A stretch of DNA of 64,000 bases from assembly GCF_006345805.1 (NCBI RefSeq), contig NC_042998.1, forward strand, positions 94,178,001 through 94,242,000. Reading direction: 5' to 3'. Below are positions 62,773-64,000 of this stretch, in pieces (the stretch's first letter is position 1; each line of letters opens with the position of its first letter). The translations under genes and the position numbers were made by a program. The DNA comes from Octopus sinensis (taxonomy: Eukaryota). The notes beneath the pieces were generated by a model that was not told the origin of the DNA, did no database searches, and worked only from the letters and a program-made list of their open reading frames with translations.

Positions 62773-64000
62773 TAGCACTATGACCTGGCGTTGCCGGGTC
62801 TAGTGCTAGTGCTTGTTGTTCGTTGCCGGGTCGCAGTAAAAATTTCTCACTAAATCAAGAGCTAGGTTTCTTATCATATTTCAGCCTGGGCCAGTTTTGT
62901 TGCTTATGAGTTAGTTGGAGCTTTTTATGAGAGTAATTAATATTCATTGGACTTCGGTTTTCACACCTGGAATGGCATAATCATGGAAAATTAGCAGGAC
63001 TGTGCACATGCCATTAGTCAGACAAAAAAGGAGGCAGAAGAAAGCAAAAAACTTGAATTTGGCCACAAAATAGCATGATTTTGAAAAAAACACATAAATC
63101 TCATTTGTTGAGTTTCGTTTCACACCCAACCCAGTTCTGCACAATAAGTGTCGCGACGGGAACGCATGGGTTGGGAGTTTGACTGGCAGAGATGATGAAG
63201 TTGCACATGCCAGCCCTTTTGACAACAACCCCCCTCATCTAACCACCTCGTCCTATGAGTGCATAGCAATGGTGGGAAGAAAAATGCTGATTTCGGCAAA
63301 AAGGCAGAGCAATTAGAGCACAAAAAACAGCATTCAAAGTGATTTTATGAGTATGACGCATTGAAGCAAGTAACGCAGTAAGGTCAATAGTTATAAGTTC
63401 ATGACACATAGAAGCACGTAAGACATCAAGGTTAACTAAGGTATAAATAATAGGTATGCCTTTTCGCCGGAAGGCTAATTGGGCTCCCGATCCACTGAAA
63501 CGGAGGAGGTTAGGTTTGGAACACAACTAAGCCTTCAACTACAACCTAGACTAACCTTACAGAAGGGGGCTCGGGAGCCTCTAATAGGCAGCTTTTAATC
63601 CTGATCTGTCGCTAACCCATCCTAGGGATTCTAAATGACATGGCTGTGGAGATGTGCATAGTGGGTTTGTTTCGGGGGAGGACGACTGCATTGGATTAAG
63701 GACCATTGAAGAATGTAGCTTTGGAGATCGGCATTGGCAAAACTTACAAAAATTTACCGACAGCCTTCACAAAAAGGGACCTAGCCCTTTAACCTAACTT
63801 AATAAACATCTGACAAAGTGAGAATTGTTTTCATTGAGGATAGCATTGGTATACCAATGCATTTATAAATGCTTATCCAAAATCTCGTAAACAATATTGC
63901 GGGTTTTACCCTCAGGGGCGTATACAAACAGGGCATTCCTACTTCCAATATGGGAGCAGGCAATATTAAGTTGCCCATGCAAAAAGCAGGGCTCGCCCAG
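62772..64000 (-). mobile_element. Helitron 3' end (continues beyond the window)
   Basis: Minus strand ends in hairpin GACCCGGC-AAC-GCCAGGTC then CTAG followed by T; helicase C-terminus upstream. Confidence 0.88.
63863..64000 (-). pseudogene. Helitron Rep/helicase (PIF1-like) C-terminus
   Basis: LGEPCFLHGQLNIACSHIGSRNALFVYAPEGKTRNIVYEILDKHL* matches FSHGQLYVA.SRV...T.N.VY with substitutions in conserved motif VI. Confidence 0.85.

Overview
AT-rich, microsatellite-dense eukaryotic DNA made almost entirely of transposon debris. No intact host gene can be supported, and most ORFs in the track are microsatellite or antisense artefacts. The SINE and LINE families resemble those of an octopus-type cephalopod (inference). 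Recognisable elements: a 5'-truncated RTE LINE with a PHD finger inside its RT region (11.2-13.3 kb) plus many copies of its 3' tail; five or six R4/Dong-like restriction-like-endonuclease retrotransposon fragments, most at (CATA)n tracts; a fragmented hAT transposase (18.5-21.5 kb); two Tc1 fragments; a Chapaev3-like transposon; a full-length dead mariner; several MITE and HINE-like elements; three tRNA-SINE families; a tRNA-Glu pseudogene; a 28S rRNA 5'-end fragment; and the 3' end of a Helitron. The most notable signal is a set of Penelope-like (PLE) pseudo-LTRs with hammerhead-ribozyme motifs. These are a near-perfect 350-bp fold-back with a hammerhead in each arm (56.6-57.4 kb), a Naiad-like GIY-YIG element between 144-bp inverted repeats whose hammerheads have a non-canonical GCA site (61.0-62.7 kb), and several partial hammerheads, most in short inserts in or beside (TA)n tracts. 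All translations and foldings were done by eye; no database search was run.
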